From a virus, in IMG/VR virus record IMGVR_UViG_3300047335_000017, positions 1 to 64,000 of that record: a stretch of DNA of 64,000 nt, one strand, 5' to 3'. The position numbers were made by a program, and so were the translations under genes. The notes below the pieces were generated by a model, which had not been told where the DNA came from, ran no database searches, and was given only the letters and a program-made list of their open reading frames with translations. This document shows, piece after piece, positions 19,249 to 28,557 of this stretch. Every line of letters begins with the position of its first letter. Position 1 is the first letter of the stretch.

Positions 19249-19743
19249 TTACGCCGCTACGCGGTTCACCACCTGATAGGGGAACCTCAGACGCTTGCGA
19301 TAGCCGATCACGCGCTGCGTCATCGGGTCGACGACGGGAACTTCTGTCACGGCGTCATTGAGAACATTGATCACGGTGATCGGAACGTCGGCTTCGACCG
19401 ATGGCATGAGCAGATACGGGTTCCCGTTGGGCGAAATAAAGAGGCCCGTGGGCGGGATCGCCTCGTTATCTTCGAGGATGATCCGGATGCGCTTGACCGC
19501 CTGTGGCTTGATCACGGGACGAACCTCGGGAACGAAGTCCCCCTGTTTCTGGACTTTAATCGTCGCCGGCCTTGCTTGAGCGGCTGCGCGAAGCATCGCA
19601 AGCTCTTCAAAAAGCTCCTGGAGCTTTTCGTCGGAAACCTGGGTGGTTGCCTCGGGCATGGGGTTGTCGATCGCGTCGAGGCTCGAAGCATCGTCCGTGC
19701 CGGGCTCGTCGAACACGACGGGTTTGGGTGCGCGTGCCATCAA
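19249..19743 (-). CDS. hypothetical head/neck protein
   Basis: 164-aa ORF in the late operon; its start overlaps the upstream stop. Confidence 0.55.
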   Translation of the reverse strand: MMARAPKPVVFDEPGTDDASSLDAIDNPMPEATTQVSDEKLQELFEELAMLRAAAQARPATIKVQKQGDFVPEVRPVIKPQAVKRIRIILEDNEAIPPTGLFISPNGNPYLLMPSVEADVPITVINVLNDAVTEVPVVDPMTQRVIGYRKRLRFPYQVVNRVAA

Positions 19744-20000
19744 TCACTCTCCTTTGATGCTATGTTGAACGAACTCGTGAAGTCATCCTTGGGCTCGGGG
19801 ATGATCTTGTCAATGTTCTTCGTGATGAACGCCATCACGGCTTTCTTATCCTGGAAGGTAAACTTCCTGGATGGATCACGATAGGGGATGTAAGGCCCCT
19901 TCGAGTTGTCGCGCTTGTTGTTCGCCTTCACGATGGCTGGATCATCCATCTCGACCGTGAAGCCGTTCTCCAGGCGCTCGATCCTGATGCAACCAGCCAT
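19740..20000 (-). CDS. hypothetical small late protein
   Basis: 86-aa ORF, same strand, tightly packed. Confidence 0.5.
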   Translation of the reverse strand: MAGCIRIERLENGFTVEMDDPAIVKANNKRDNSKGPYIPYRDPSRKFTFQDKKAVMAFITKNIDKIIPEPKDDFTSSFNIASKESD

Positions 20001-20010
20001 GCGAATTACC

Positions 20011-20469
20011 TCAAATTCTGTAATCCACGAACGAAATGATGATCGTTCCGTTGAACGCCTGGGTTGCGTGGATGTTGCGAACCTTGATCACGGCGGACCC
20101 GGCGGCAGGCGTGACGCTCGTAATCGCCGGTTCTCCAGTGGTCGAAGTTCCGAGTTGAACCGAGGCCATCAGCAAGTCCGTCGCCAGGATGGAGCTGTCG
20201 GTCAGCGTGAGCGTATAATCAACCCCAGCCGCCGTGGTCAAACTCTCGGACGTGATCTGACCCGACTGCTTGTTGAGCGTCGCCGCGCCCGAGACCGCCG
20301 TAGCAATTTTCGTCCCATTGTCGATACGCGCGCCGGTCGGACCTTGAGAGTTCATATTCGCGCCAAAAGCCAGCATCGCAGCATTGCGAACGTCGGCTTC
20401 CACAGGCTCCACGTCAGCTTGGAGCTGATCGAGAAACCCGCGTTGATTGATGGCAAGAACTACAGTCAT
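20011..20469 (-). CDS. hypothetical head protein (possibly decoration)
   Basis: 152-aa Ser/Thr/Ala-rich ORF with an AGGAG-type RBS upstream, downstream of the capsid genes. Confidence 0.55.
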   Translation of the reverse strand: MTVVLAINQRGFLDQLQADVEPVEADVRNAAMLAFGANMNSQGPTGARIDNGTKIATAVSGAATLNKQSGQITSESLTTAAGVDYTLTLTDSSILATDLLMASVQLGTSTTGEPAITSVTPAAGSAVIKVRNIHATQAFNGTIIISFVDYRI

Positions 20470-20485
20470 GGATGATCTCCTGATA

Positions 20486-20520
20486 TAAAAACGGGGAGAG
20501 TGCCGTCGTTCACTCTCCCC
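20486..20520 (-). terminator. intrinsic terminator (probably leaky) after the capsid gene pair
   Basis: On the minus strand, GGGGAGAGTG-8 nt-CACTCTCCCC is followed by G-TTTTT. It sits in the 90-bp gap between 20560..20970 and 20011..20469. Confidence 0.55.
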
Positions 20521-20559
20521 GCCAACACTGATCCTAGACAGTGGCCTAAAAGACCAGTG

Positions 20560-20970
20560 TTATCCTTCGATGTGAAAACAGATGTTTTTGGATGTCCCAC
20601 AGAGGGTCGCACTGAGCGTCGTGATCCAATTGCCGGCGATGTTGGTAAGCCCAGCCTGCTCGGTCGACACGATCGCTGAGCCGGTATCGAGCGTCACAGT
20701 GCCTCCCGAAACCGTCTTGATCGTGTCGGTCGCCGGAAACCCATACATCCAATCCCACAAGATCACGTCGGTGGTATTCGTGACGCGGATGCGCATCGGG
20801 CGAAAGCCGATGTTGATCTGCGTGGCGTTGCCATCGGACGTGAAATATCCATGAAGATCGGTCTCGTCGCCACCCGATTGCACGCAGTTTCCGACCACTG
20901 TTCCCGGCCCTATATAGGTGCTCGGGAAGGCCGACAAATGCATGCTCGGATCGATGATATCCGTAGCCAT
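20560..20970 (-). CDS. hypothetical head protein
   Basis: 136-aa ORF directly downstream of the major capsid gene. Confidence 0.55.
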   Translation of the reverse strand: MATDIIDPSMHLSAFPSTYIGPGTVVGNCVQSGGDETDLHGYFTSDGNATQINIGFRPMRIRVTNTTDVILWDWMYGFPATDTIKTVSGGTVTLDTGSAIVSTEQAGLTNIAGNWITTLSATLCGTSKNICFHIEG

Positions 20971-21024
20971 TAAACCCTCCAGAAGATCAACGCGAACGAT
21001 CCTGGCCTGAGCCGGGATCAGTGA

Positions 21025-22095
21025 TTACAGAGAGCCACAGACCTCCAAGCGAGCCATAAAAGCGTCTTGGAGGATGACGGTGGAGGTCCAAAGCTTCCAT
21101 CCGACCGTGCCCCGCTGCGCCAAAGGGTCCCCAGGAGCCGGCTTGGGATTGACCACCATTGGGGTCATGCTCGACTTGCCCTTGAGGGGCACGATGCCGA
21201 ACGCATCACGACCGAAGAAGATGATCGGATACACGTCGCAGTTCGCCCCACCCGTGGATCGGAACGTGGTTCCCGCGCCTGTCGCCGAACCCGCGTTGAT
21301 GAAGGGCGCGAACACGGTCGAAGTCAGGTAGCGCACTTGCTCGACAGCGCCCAGCTCGCCTTCGAACGGGGTCGTATGTGGGCCATAACTCGCGACCGGG
21401 ACAAAGCCGGTCATGTTGCGGATATCGCTTTCGAGATCGGGATGGCAGATCGCGAAGTAAGCGGCTTCGACCGATTTCGTGTTGAAGTCGGGATTGGACG
21501 CCACGACCTGGGAGATTTTCTTGGCGTTCTGGCGGTTCATGCCGGTGGTGACGCGGCGCTGATCGGTCAGCGTGATCGCACCATCCACGTTCGCTCGACC
21601 CGAAACGAGGTTCTGATACCAGACGTTGGTTCCAGCCTTGAGAACATTGAACCGAAGCGTCTCGACGGTGACGGCGGCTTGCTCGCCCAGAATGTCCGTG
21701 GCCTGCTGAAGCACGGGATCGGTATGCGTGTCCTCGATCACGTCGGTGATCGTGACGAAATCTCCGTACTGATAGAGCTGGACCGTGTAGTCCTGGTTCG
21801 CCAGCATGGAACCGCTGGGCGTCACGCCTTCGACTAGGGGCGTGGTCGCGAGCGGGATGTAGAACGGCTGACCCGCGCCGTTGGTCCCCGCGCCATTGTC
21901 GGGACCAGCCGAACCGGTCGCACCCTGGAGGTAATAGCGTCGGAACTTAGCGATCTGAGTGCTATTCGTGGGCAGCGGATAGGTCTGGCCGAACTTCTCG
22001 ATGTGTAGATAGGGCATGGCGCGCTTCAGCATACGCACCACGGAGTAAGCCGCCACTGCGGGGCTTATGTCACCATAACTGGTGATCGCAACCAT
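21025..22095 (-). CDS. major capsid protein (HK97-fold type expected)
   Basis: 356 aa, directly downstream of a scaffold-like acidic/Pro-rich protein and the portal. Size, composition and gene order are typical. Confidence 0.7.
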   Translation of the reverse strand: MVAITSYGDISPAVAAYSVVRMLKRAMPYLHIEKFGQTYPLPTNSTQIAKFRRYYLQGATGSAGPDNGAGTNGAGQPFYIPLATTPLVEGVTPSGSMLANQDYTVQLYQYGDFVTITDVIEDTHTDPVLQQATDILGEQAAVTVETLRFNVLKAGTNVWYQNLVSGRANVDGAITLTDQRRVTTGMNRQNAKKISQVVASNPDFNTKSVEAAYFAICHPDLESDIRNMTGFVPVASYGPHTTPFEGELGAVEQVRYLTSTVFAPFINAGSATGAGTTFRSTGGANCDVYPIIFFGRDAFGIVPLKGKSSMTPMVVNPKPAPGDPLAQRGTVGWKLWTSTVILQDAFMARLEVCGSL

Positions 22096-22112
22096 TGTAG
22101 GCTCCTTTCAGG

Positions 22113-23072
22113 TCAAATCGTCTTAGCAAACTCCGCAAAAGCCGCATCGAAGTCGACGGGCGCGGCAGTGCTCGCGTTCGCTCGTTTGGAACTGATTGGG
22201 GCCAGCTTAGCCGCCGCTTGTTTGGCAGCCGAGGACAGCTCAGTCGGATTTCTCGCCGGAACCGTGGGCTGAGTGCGACCGCCCGCGCCTTGCTGCGCTT
22301 GCTGTTGCGACTGTCCCACCGCCCCGGTATCTCTCTTGAAGCGTTCGATCAGATCGACAACTTCTGTAGAAGTACCTTGCTCGATAACATGACGATAGGC
22401 AGGTTGCAAGTAGGCTGGTTGAACGTCTACCCAAGATATGAGTTGATCCGCCACGACATCATAGTCGGGAACCTTGGTAGTCAACTCCTGAAGCTGGTTC
22501 TGGTCAGCCATGGCGTTGACCATCTGGAGATAGGGCGCGAGCGTGCCGGCCATATCCGCGTACATGCTGCGCATGGCGTTCACCACCATGCCGCGCGCCA
22601 TCACTTCCGCCGCCTTCGCAACGTCGGGCCACTCCTGGTAAAAGGTCTGGAGCTGCTGCAACTCGGCCTGATCGTAGACCGGCGGCGGGCCTCGGTTCTC
22701 AGGCTGGGTCCGAGGCTGTTGGGTCTGAGGCTGCGCCGCCGCCATCATGGCCGCGAAACGCGCGAGCATATCCTGATCGTTCGTCGGCTCGGGCTTGGCG
22801 GCGGGCTCGGGAGTTTTTTCGGGCTCGCCCTCCGCCGGAACCTCCAGCTCACTCTCTTCCGCTTGCTCCGGGGCTTCGCCCGGCGGTCTCTTAGGCTCCT
22901 CTGGCGCGGCGGGGGCTTCAGAGGGGGGTGTGGGGTTCGGGCCGGGAACCTTACCCTGGACCGCTGGCGCTGTCTTGAGCGCCACGTTGGAGACCTGATC
23001 CGAGGGAGGCAGGGCGTCCTCGGACTTGCTGGCTTCAGCGAACGCGGCGTCGAACGCGCTGATATCAACCAT
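22113..23072 (-). CDS. scaffolding protein
   Basis: 319 aa with a Pro/Glu/Ala-rich N-terminal half and a helical C-terminal half, located between the portal and capsid genes. Confidence 0.6.
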   Translation of the reverse strand: MVDISAFDAAFAEASKSEDALPPSDQVSNVALKTAPAVQGKVPGPNPTPPSEAPAAPEEPKRPPGEAPEQAEESELEVPAEGEPEKTPEPAAKPEPTNDQDMLARFAAMMAAAQPQTQQPRTQPENRGPPPVYDQAELQQLQTFYQEWPDVAKAAEVMARGMVVNAMRSMYADMAGTLAPYLQMVNAMADQNQLQELTTKVPDYDVVADQLISWVDVQPAYLQPAYRHVIEQGTSTEVVDLIERFKRDTGAVGQSQQQAQQGAGGRTQPTVPARNPTELSSAAKQAAAKLAPISSKRANASTAAPVDFDAAFAEFAKTI

Positions 23073-23168
23073 GGCTACGCTTCCTTTATTGGTGCATTAA
23101 GTTCAGTGATCAGCCTATCAAAGGCTCGCGCTTCGCCTTGGACGCTCTGAAACTCTACCGGCCCGCAC

Positions 23169-25409
23169 TTAACCAATTGGTCCTGGAGCGCCGCCAGCCG
23201 GAGATTGAGCAAGCGCATCATCACCATTACTTCCGGGCTGCTGTCCCTGGCCAGCCGCAGGGATCGGAGCAGCTCCATTTCCAGGTTGCGCTCCTGGAGC
23301 CGTTCCACCGCTGATAATCTCATTTCGCATTCCCCTTTCCAAGATATCCATGGCCGCGTCAACCATCTGAGCATCCGCCGCCGCCGTGTTCTTTTGACCC
23401 TGGGTGATGCCCTTGAAGGCGTCCGCCAGCGTCTTGCGGATCGTGGCCTCGGCAATGCGCTGAGCCTGATCCTGCTGCGCCTGGGTCTGCTGATCGGCCT
23501 GCTGCTGACGCCTCGAGGCCTCGTCCGGCGAGACCAAGATGTCCTCCATGTCGCGAGCGCGGACCCTGGCCTCGACCAGCTTGCGCTCGTCGACGTGCAT
23601 CATCTCTTCGGGCTTGAGGGTCTGCGCGAGGCTGTCGGCCTGCATGCCTCGAAGCTCCTTGGCCATGAGGCTCGTCGCCCCACGCGCGATCACGTCGTAG
23701 TCGCCATCGGGCGCAAGCGCCGGATTGAACGTGCGGTTGAACACGACGCACGCATGGATGACGCTTTGCGTAAACGTATCGAACGCGCGTATAATGTCCT
23801 TGAACGGAAGCGCGGCATCACCCTTGAGCATGCTCGCGCCCGCCGCCGTGCGGAACGGTTCGCTCGGTCCCTTGTCCATGTCGCCGCCCGTCGCCGGGCC
23901 GACGAATGTTTCGCTGTCGGCGAACTTCTGCCCCAGCTCGACGATCTTCAGGAGGCTATCGATATGCGCATCGATCTGAACATTCTTGACGGCAGGCCAT
24001 TGGGCATCCTGCCCCTCTCCTTCACGATACCAGACCTTGTATGCGCCGATCGCAGTGAAGTCCTGATCGAGTCGAAGAAGATCAGTGTTCAGCTCAAGCT
24101 GGGGTCCGCACACGACAGATGCATTATCCATCAGCATGCGGGTAGCGCCCGAAACCATCATCTGACTGTCGCGTATGGCTGAAGGGAGCCCAAAGCCGAT
24201 CGGGGAAGTATCGTCCTCGTCAAAGAGGAAAGTATGTATCATGTCTATATCGACATCCATCTCTTTCCAAGGATTGAGCCGGGCGCAGATGACATTCGCG
24301 TCGATCATCCAGATTTCGCTATCGAGATCATCGGAGAGCTTTTCCGGGGGAACTTGGACGCCAACGCTTTGAAGTAGATGACCATCCACGGAACCATGCC
24401 ATGCAAGTATCTCGTACTTCATGGTCTCGGATTTCATCTCGTTCACGTTGACTTTGACGCCCATCGCGCGCAGCTCCATCTCATGTGGCTGAGCGCGATA
24501 GTTACCCATCGAGTTTCTGTTTAAGTAATCATTGATGACATTTTCGAAGAAGTCTGGTTTCTTGGCGAGCTTCTTGATCTGAGAGCGCGTCATTACATGG
24601 CGAACGAAGTAACCGTCCATTCCCCTCAATGTCTTGGCCGACATATCTGGGTAGAAGTCCCACACAGAGAGAAATTCAAAGTGTGGCTTGAAGACTTCAC
24701 GCTTCTTGGGTACGGGCGCTGGCCCATCCATGTCCCAGACGACACTGGTGCTCTTGCGCGCGAACGGGCCTCGAAGCACGCCTATGCCATAGATGATGCC
24801 CGACCTGACCACGGATCGGTTTAGCGATACATAGTCGGTCGACTGGCTTCCCCCCAGCTCTTGGAGCTGATCGTCGATCAGGTCGCTCAAGGTCTGCGCG
24901 CGGCCCTGCGCGTAGTTCTTGATGGCCTGCATGAAATACTCCCTTGTCATCGGGGAGGGAGGTTGAGTGCCGGCTTCTTGATCCTTGGACTGAGCTTCCT
25001 GCAAAGCTTGCCGCACTTCGTCGGAAGTGATGTCGGGCCACGGCGCGCTCTTGATCTCCCAATTGCGCTCGTTGCCCTGAAACATCAGGTTCATGATGCG
25101 GGAAAGAACACTGATGCACTTGACGCGCGTGATCTTAGGATACGCCTTCGATCGGTTGGGCGACATCTCCTTCTCAACCTCGGGATCGTATATCCCAAGG
25201 TATTGTCGCTGGTTGGCCAGCCAACGCAGCTCGGCGATGCGCCGATCGCTCACGTACTGCATGAACAAAGTGTTGAACCGCTGACCAAGCGCTCGCAAGT
25301 CCTCGGCGCTGATCTTCTCGACAGGCGCGTCCTCGTTGTGCGGCACATCCACGCTGGGCGGATTGATGGTCGCGAGAGCCCATGCGGTGTTGTATGGAGG
25401 CGTTTCCAT
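23169..25409 (-). CDS. portal protein
   Basis: 746 aa, the first large ORF after terL, with an acidic/Gln-rich C-terminal tail. Size and position are typical of portals. Confidence 0.7.
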   Translation of the reverse strand: METPPYNTAWALATINPPSVDVPHNEDAPVEKISAEDLRALGQRFNTLFMQYVSDRRIAELRWLANQRQYLGIYDPEVEKEMSPNRSKAYPKITRVKCISVLSRIMNLMFQGNERNWEIKSAPWPDITSDEVRQALQEAQSKDQEAGTQPPSPMTREYFMQAIKNYAQGRAQTLSDLIDDQLQELGGSQSTDYVSLNRSVVRSGIIYGIGVLRGPFARKSTSVVWDMDGPAPVPKKREVFKPHFEFLSVWDFYPDMSAKTLRGMDGYFVRHVMTRSQIKKLAKKPDFFENVINDYLNRNSMGNYRAQPHEMELRAMGVKVNVNEMKSETMKYEILAWHGSVDGHLLQSVGVQVPPEKLSDDLDSEIWMIDANVICARLNPWKEMDVDIDMIHTFLFDEDDTSPIGFGLPSAIRDSQMMVSGATRMLMDNASVVCGPQLELNTDLLRLDQDFTAIGAYKVWYREGEGQDAQWPAVKNVQIDAHIDSLLKIVELGQKFADSETFVGPATGGDMDKGPSEPFRTAAGASMLKGDAALPFKDIIRAFDTFTQSVIHACVVFNRTFNPALAPDGDYDVIARGATSLMAKELRGMQADSLAQTLKPEEMMHVDERKLVEARVRARDMEDILVSPDEASRRQQQADQQTQAQQDQAQRIAEATIRKTLADAFKGITQGQKNTAAADAQMVDAAMDILERGMRNEIISGGTAPGAQPGNGAAPIPAAGQGQQPGSNGDDALAQSPAGGAPGPIG

Positions 25410-25416
25410 TACTCTC

Positions 25417-25563
25417 TATCCTTTGCCCGAGCCCTTCGGGCCGGGCGTCATCTATCCTTTGCCCGAGCCCTTCGGGCCGGGCGTCACCTAGCCTATAAAA
25501 CCGCCGGGCGAAGCCTCGGCGCAAGGGGGAGAGCCGGGCGAAGCCTCGGCGCAAGGAGAAAGT
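25417..25563. repeat. composite GC-hairpin palindromic element with both arms tandemly duplicated
   Basis: 2 x 36 bp (TATCCTTTGCCCGAGCCCTTCGGGCCGGGCGTCA..) at 25417-25488, then 2 x 30 bp (CCGGGCGAAGCCTCGGCGCAAGG.G) at 25504-25563. It fills the terL-portal intergenic gap. Confidence 0.85.
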
Positions 25564-25566
25564 CAA

Positions 25567-27120
25567 TTATCTGGCATGGTAGCTTCCTAAAGAGGGAGTG
25601 GGCATGGATGATCTCATGCGCCTCGTGGCCATCGTCCCCACATTCATGCCATACTTACGTTCCTTTTGCATATCCCTATGGAAGAAGCGCAAGAGGTATC
25701 CCCCTCCGTCGCCCACGTGCGAGTAGCGGTTCTTCTCCGGGGTGGCTCCCTTGAGGATGTCCTTCTTCACGTCGGACGCGAAGCGCCAGCCGCCCTTGAG
25801 CGCCCGGATCAACTCCGGGCAATGGATCGGATCAATCTGGAGCGCCGGCTCGCCGCCCACGAGCGTGTTGCAATAGTGATCATACGCGTTGAGTCTGAGC
25901 GGCAGCCGGTTGTTGGTCTCGATCTCCACGTCGAAATGCTTCTTGAACTCTTTCGCAACAGTGCTCTCGTCCGTGGGCGTTCGTGATCCAGACGCCGGAT
26001 CGGGAGCAATGATGATCTTGCGGATCATCGAGAACCTAGCTTTCAAGAGGGGCTTCAACCGTTCACTGATCAGACGCTCAGCGCCCATCCCAGATTGTAC
26101 GAGTTCATGAAGTATTTTCACCCGGCCGTCGAAGTCCATCTGGCCGAGGACCATGGCGCTGCCCGTGATGCCGGGATCGAGCCCAACAACCAAGGGGAAG
26201 TACGGGTTGGGAGCAAGCTCGTATGGCGAAATGTGAATGTGCGGCCTGAAGGATGTCACCACCGCTTGGCCCGACACGCTGAAGCCCCACTCGGCCTCGA
26301 CGAACTGCTTCACCCAGATGGAAGACTTGCCCTTGATCTGGTTAAGATAATAGCCCCGTTTACCAGGGAGATTGTTGATGTTCTCGGCCTCCATCGTGAG
26401 CGCGCTGGGCTGATGGAAGTAAGTCGCGATGTAGGATGTTTCGTCTTCTTCCTCGAAATCCAAGGAGGGGCCACCATTGTGGCCAATAGACACTTCACGA
26501 GGCGCGTAGCGCCCATTCTTGAACTTACGCATGAAGGGAGCGTGTAAGTAATCGAACCACCAGTTGTCCTCGGTGCTGGGGTTGCTCGATCCCCACATGC
26601 CCCAGACGGTCACAGGTGTGCCGTCCGGTTGCTTGTATCGACCACAACGCGCGCTCAGCGCATCTACAATCGCCTTGGGGATTTCCACGAACTCGTCGAT
26701 GATCGCGAAATTGATCTCAAGAGACAAAACACGGCGAACATCTTCTGGAGTGTCCAGTGGTCGGAAAAGAACTTCACACTCGATGTCGGCATATCTGATA
26801 GTAAAGATTTTGTCGGTGGCGTTCCAGTATCCGGCTTGGCCGTCCTTGAACCAGTACCCCCACGATACAAGCGTCGTATCCTTGAGCATGGGGAGCGTGT
26901 TGCGGACGATGACCGCTCGGGTTCTTCGGATGCCATCAGGACTAGGTTCCTGCAAGCCAGCCATGTAGACTAGCTTCATGAATAGACCCGTGGTCTTCCC
27001 AGACCCGACCGGGCCAACAATCCATGAGTAAAAGAGTTCACCAACTCGATAGTCTTTGATGAACTCTTTTATGGTGAGTGGGGGATAGTAATCGAGAATT
27101 TGTACTGACATATCCCTCAA
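25567..27120 (-). CDS. terL: terminase large subunit
   Basis: 517 aa with Walker A GPVGSGKT, Walker B-like NFAIIDEF and a C-terminal nuclease-sized half. It is followed by the portal gene. Confidence 0.85.
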   Translation of the reverse strand: MRDMSVQILDYYPPLTIKEFIKDYRVGELFYSWIVGPVGSGKTTGLFMKLVYMAGLQEPSPDGIRRTRAVIVRNTLPMLKDTTLVSWGYWFKDGQAGYWNATDKIFTIRYADIECEVLFRPLDTPEDVRRVLSLEINFAIIDEFVEIPKAIVDALSARCGRYKQPDGTPVTVWGMWGSSNPSTEDNWWFDYLHAPFMRKFKNGRYAPREVSIGHNGGPSLDFEEEDETSYIATYFHQPSALTMEAENINNLPGKRGYYLNQIKGKSSIWVKQFVEAEWGFSVSGQAVVTSFRPHIHISPYELAPNPYFPLVVGLDPGITGSAMVLGQMDFDGRVKILHELVQSGMGAERLISERLKPLLKARFSMIRKIIIAPDPASGSRTPTDESTVAKEFKKHFDVEIETNNRLPLRLNAYDHYCNTLVGGEPALQIDPIHCPELIRALKGGWRFASDVKKDILKGATPEKNRYSHVGDGGGYLLRFFHRDMQKERKYGMNVGTMATRRMRSSMPTPSLGSYHAR

Positions 27121-27123
27121 ACT

Positions 27124-27333
27124 TTAGATTGGGTTCCCGGCAACCAACCTGGGATCATTCGGCTCCAGGTCCACGATCTCGATAGTGCGCGTCGTCGTCG
27201 CATACAGATGGATCGGAGGTTCCTCACCAACCTTGACGATCTGCGTAACCCGAGCTTCCTCGCCTCTGTAGCGATCCACCGTCGTGATCGCCACATTATG
27301 GCCGGCCATGTGTACTGTGATCTTGGTGGTCAT
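27124..27333 (-). CDS. small hypothetical protein
   Basis: ATG at 27333 lies 7 nt after AAGGAG. The upstream part of the track ORF is translation of the repeat element. Confidence 0.45.
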   Translation of the reverse strand: MTTKITVHMAGHNVAITTVDRYRGEEARVTQIVKVGEEPPIHLYATTTRTIEIVDLEPNDPRLVAGNPI

Positions 27334-27340
27334 CAACATC

Positions 27341-27408
27341 CTCCTTGCGCCGAGGCTTCGCCCGGCGGTTTTCCAGGTGACGCCCGGCCCGAAGGGCTCG
27401 GGCCAACG
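27341..27408. repeat. GC-hairpin palindromic element, full-length copy
   Basis: CTCCTTGCGCCGAGGCTTCGCCCGGCGGTTTTCCAGGTGACGCCCGGCCCGAAGGGCTCGGGCC. It fills the gap between 27410..27994 and 27124..27333. Confidence 0.85.
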
Positions 27409-27409
27409 C

Positions 27410-27994
27410 TTAGAGTTTCGAAACCAGTTTACCCAGCTCTTCGAGAAGAGCTTGGACATGCCCCTTGTTCTCACTGATGCTTGCGGGCGTGGTATTGCCC
27501 AGAAGCGTGCGCAGGAGGGATGATCTGTGCGTCGCGCCAGCCAAGGCGACATGGGGCTCCAGGTCCGCGTCGGGGTCGATCAGCGAACCCGAAACGCCCC
27601 TGACGGTAGCCTGAGCCTGGGCCGGCTCGTTCTCGGGCGCATCGGGCGGCTTGTTCGTGTCGAAGTGCGGGGCGGCGTTGCTGGGCTCGGGAGGCGATGC
27701 GTCGCTCTTGTAGGGCGTCGTGTCGGTGACCCCCGAGGCTTCACGACGAGCGCTGGGCACAGGCACGAGGTTGGGCGTGACTTCTTCTCCCGCCGAGGCT
27801 TCGCCCGGCTCTCCCCCGCGCGAAGCGCTGGGGCCAAAAGGGAGTAATGTTTTGAGCTGACCATCTTCATTTGGGGATGGCGAGCGCACGGCGTTGTCTT
27901 GTTCGATCTGATCGGTCGTGGTGAGTTTGGGGGAAGGCTTCACCACTTTACCTTCGACTTGATCGCCAACGTTTACGTTTGTGTTTTCTAGCAT
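27410..27994 (-). CDS. hypothetical Pro/Ser-rich protein carrying an in-frame repeat-element copy
   Basis: 194-aa ORF between the terS-like gene and terL. It is low complexity and contains the element at 27786-27835. Confidence 0.45.
   Translation of the reverse strand: MLENTNVNVGDQVEGKVVKPSPKLTTTDQIEQDNAVRSPSPNEDGQLKTLLPFGPSASRGGEPGEASAGEEVTPNLVPVPSARREASGVTDTTPYKSDASPPEPSNAAPHFDTNKPPDAPENEPAQAQATVRGVSGSLIDPDADLEPHVALAGATHRSSLLRTLLGNTTPASISENKGHVQALLEELGKLVSKL
27786..27835. repeat. degenerate GC-hairpin element inside an ORF
   Basis: GCCGAGGCTTCGCCCGGC (27792-27809) plus CGCGCGAAGCGC. It is translated in frame as ..FGPSASRGGEPGEASAGEE.. Confidence 0.7.
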
Positions 27995-28000
27995 GCCACT

Positions 28001-28435
28001 TTACTCCAAATGTATATTTATCTGCAAGGCTGTTTGTTGGGAGACTGCTTGGGCCTGGGCTCTCTGATCCAGGCTTGCGTCGAGACCGGCCACGCGAATG
28101 GTGGTCTTGATCAGGTCGGCTTTCACATGCGCGGGAACGTCATCCAACGACGCATGTATCAAACCCCAGGATGTCGTCAAAAGCGCCTCTGCTTGAGCGC
28201 GAGCCTTGATCTTGAAGCTCATGCCCTCTTTGGAAAGCAGCTCCATCGCGGAGGCTACGGCGGCTCGAAAGCGCTCGTCTTGGCGCAGCGCGAGATAAGT
28301 GTTCCTGGATATGCCATGGGCTTCGCATATCTCACGAACAGGCGATTGAGCGAGGGCAAGCTCCAAGGGCAAGCCCGTGGGCCATCCAAGGGCTGCGGGA
28401 TCGGGGCCTTGATCTAACAGCGCTGGAACGGTCAT
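28001..28435 (-). CDS. terminase small subunit-like HTH protein (could instead be a late regulator)
   Basis: 144 aa, the first gene of the late operon. It has a helix-turn-helix-like segment (VREICEAHGISRNTYLALRQ) and GGAGGGG upstream of the ATG. Confidence 0.5.
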   Translation of the reverse strand: MTVPALLDQGPDPAALGWPTGLPLELALAQSPVREICEAHGISRNTYLALRQDERFRAAVASAMELLSKEGMSFKIKARAQAEALLTTSWGLIHASLDDVPAHVKADLIKTTIRVAGLDASLDQRAQAQAVSQQTALQINIHLE

Positions 28436-28473
28436 TACACGTCAACCCCTCCGGGGCCGAATTGAGCTTCGCA

Positions 28474-28515
28474 CAAAAAATCCCCATGCTCAAGGGGGGA
28501 ACTTAGAGCATGGGG
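28474..28515 (-). terminator. terminator/attenuator-like hairpin with T-tract in the leader of the late operon
   Basis: On the minus strand, CCCCATGCTC-14 nt-GAGCATGGGG is followed by A-TTTTTT, 40 nt upstream of the terS-like ATG. An alternative pairing, TCCCC/GGGGA, is possible. Confidence 0.45.
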
Positions 28516-28557
28516 TTGGGAAGTCTGGGGTTTTGATGTCCAAGGACGGACACGAGA

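Noticed and set aside
20998-21019. Hairpin GATCCTGGC-CTGA-GCCGGGATC between the capsid gene and the next gene, as a terminator
   Set aside because: There is no T-tract. On the coding (minus) strand the wobble pair becomes an A-C mismatch, so the evidence is too weak.
23075-23455. Minus-strand ORF overlapping the portal 3' end (possible 82-aa product from the ATG at 23323)
   Set aside because: It overlaps the portal gene by about 155 nt and has no clear RBS. It might be real, but it is not supportable from sequence alone.
22218-25754. Plus-strand ORFs 22218..23150, 23205..24182 and 24861..25754
   Set aside because: They are antisense to the scaffold and portal genes and have Arg/Leu-rich nonsense composition. 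The last one partly translates the repeat element.
27371-27384. Sigma54 promoter in the element spacer GTCACCTGGAAAAC
   Set aside because: The GG-N10-GC spacing of -24/-12 promoters is not met, and the orientation relative to downstream genes is inconsistent among copies.
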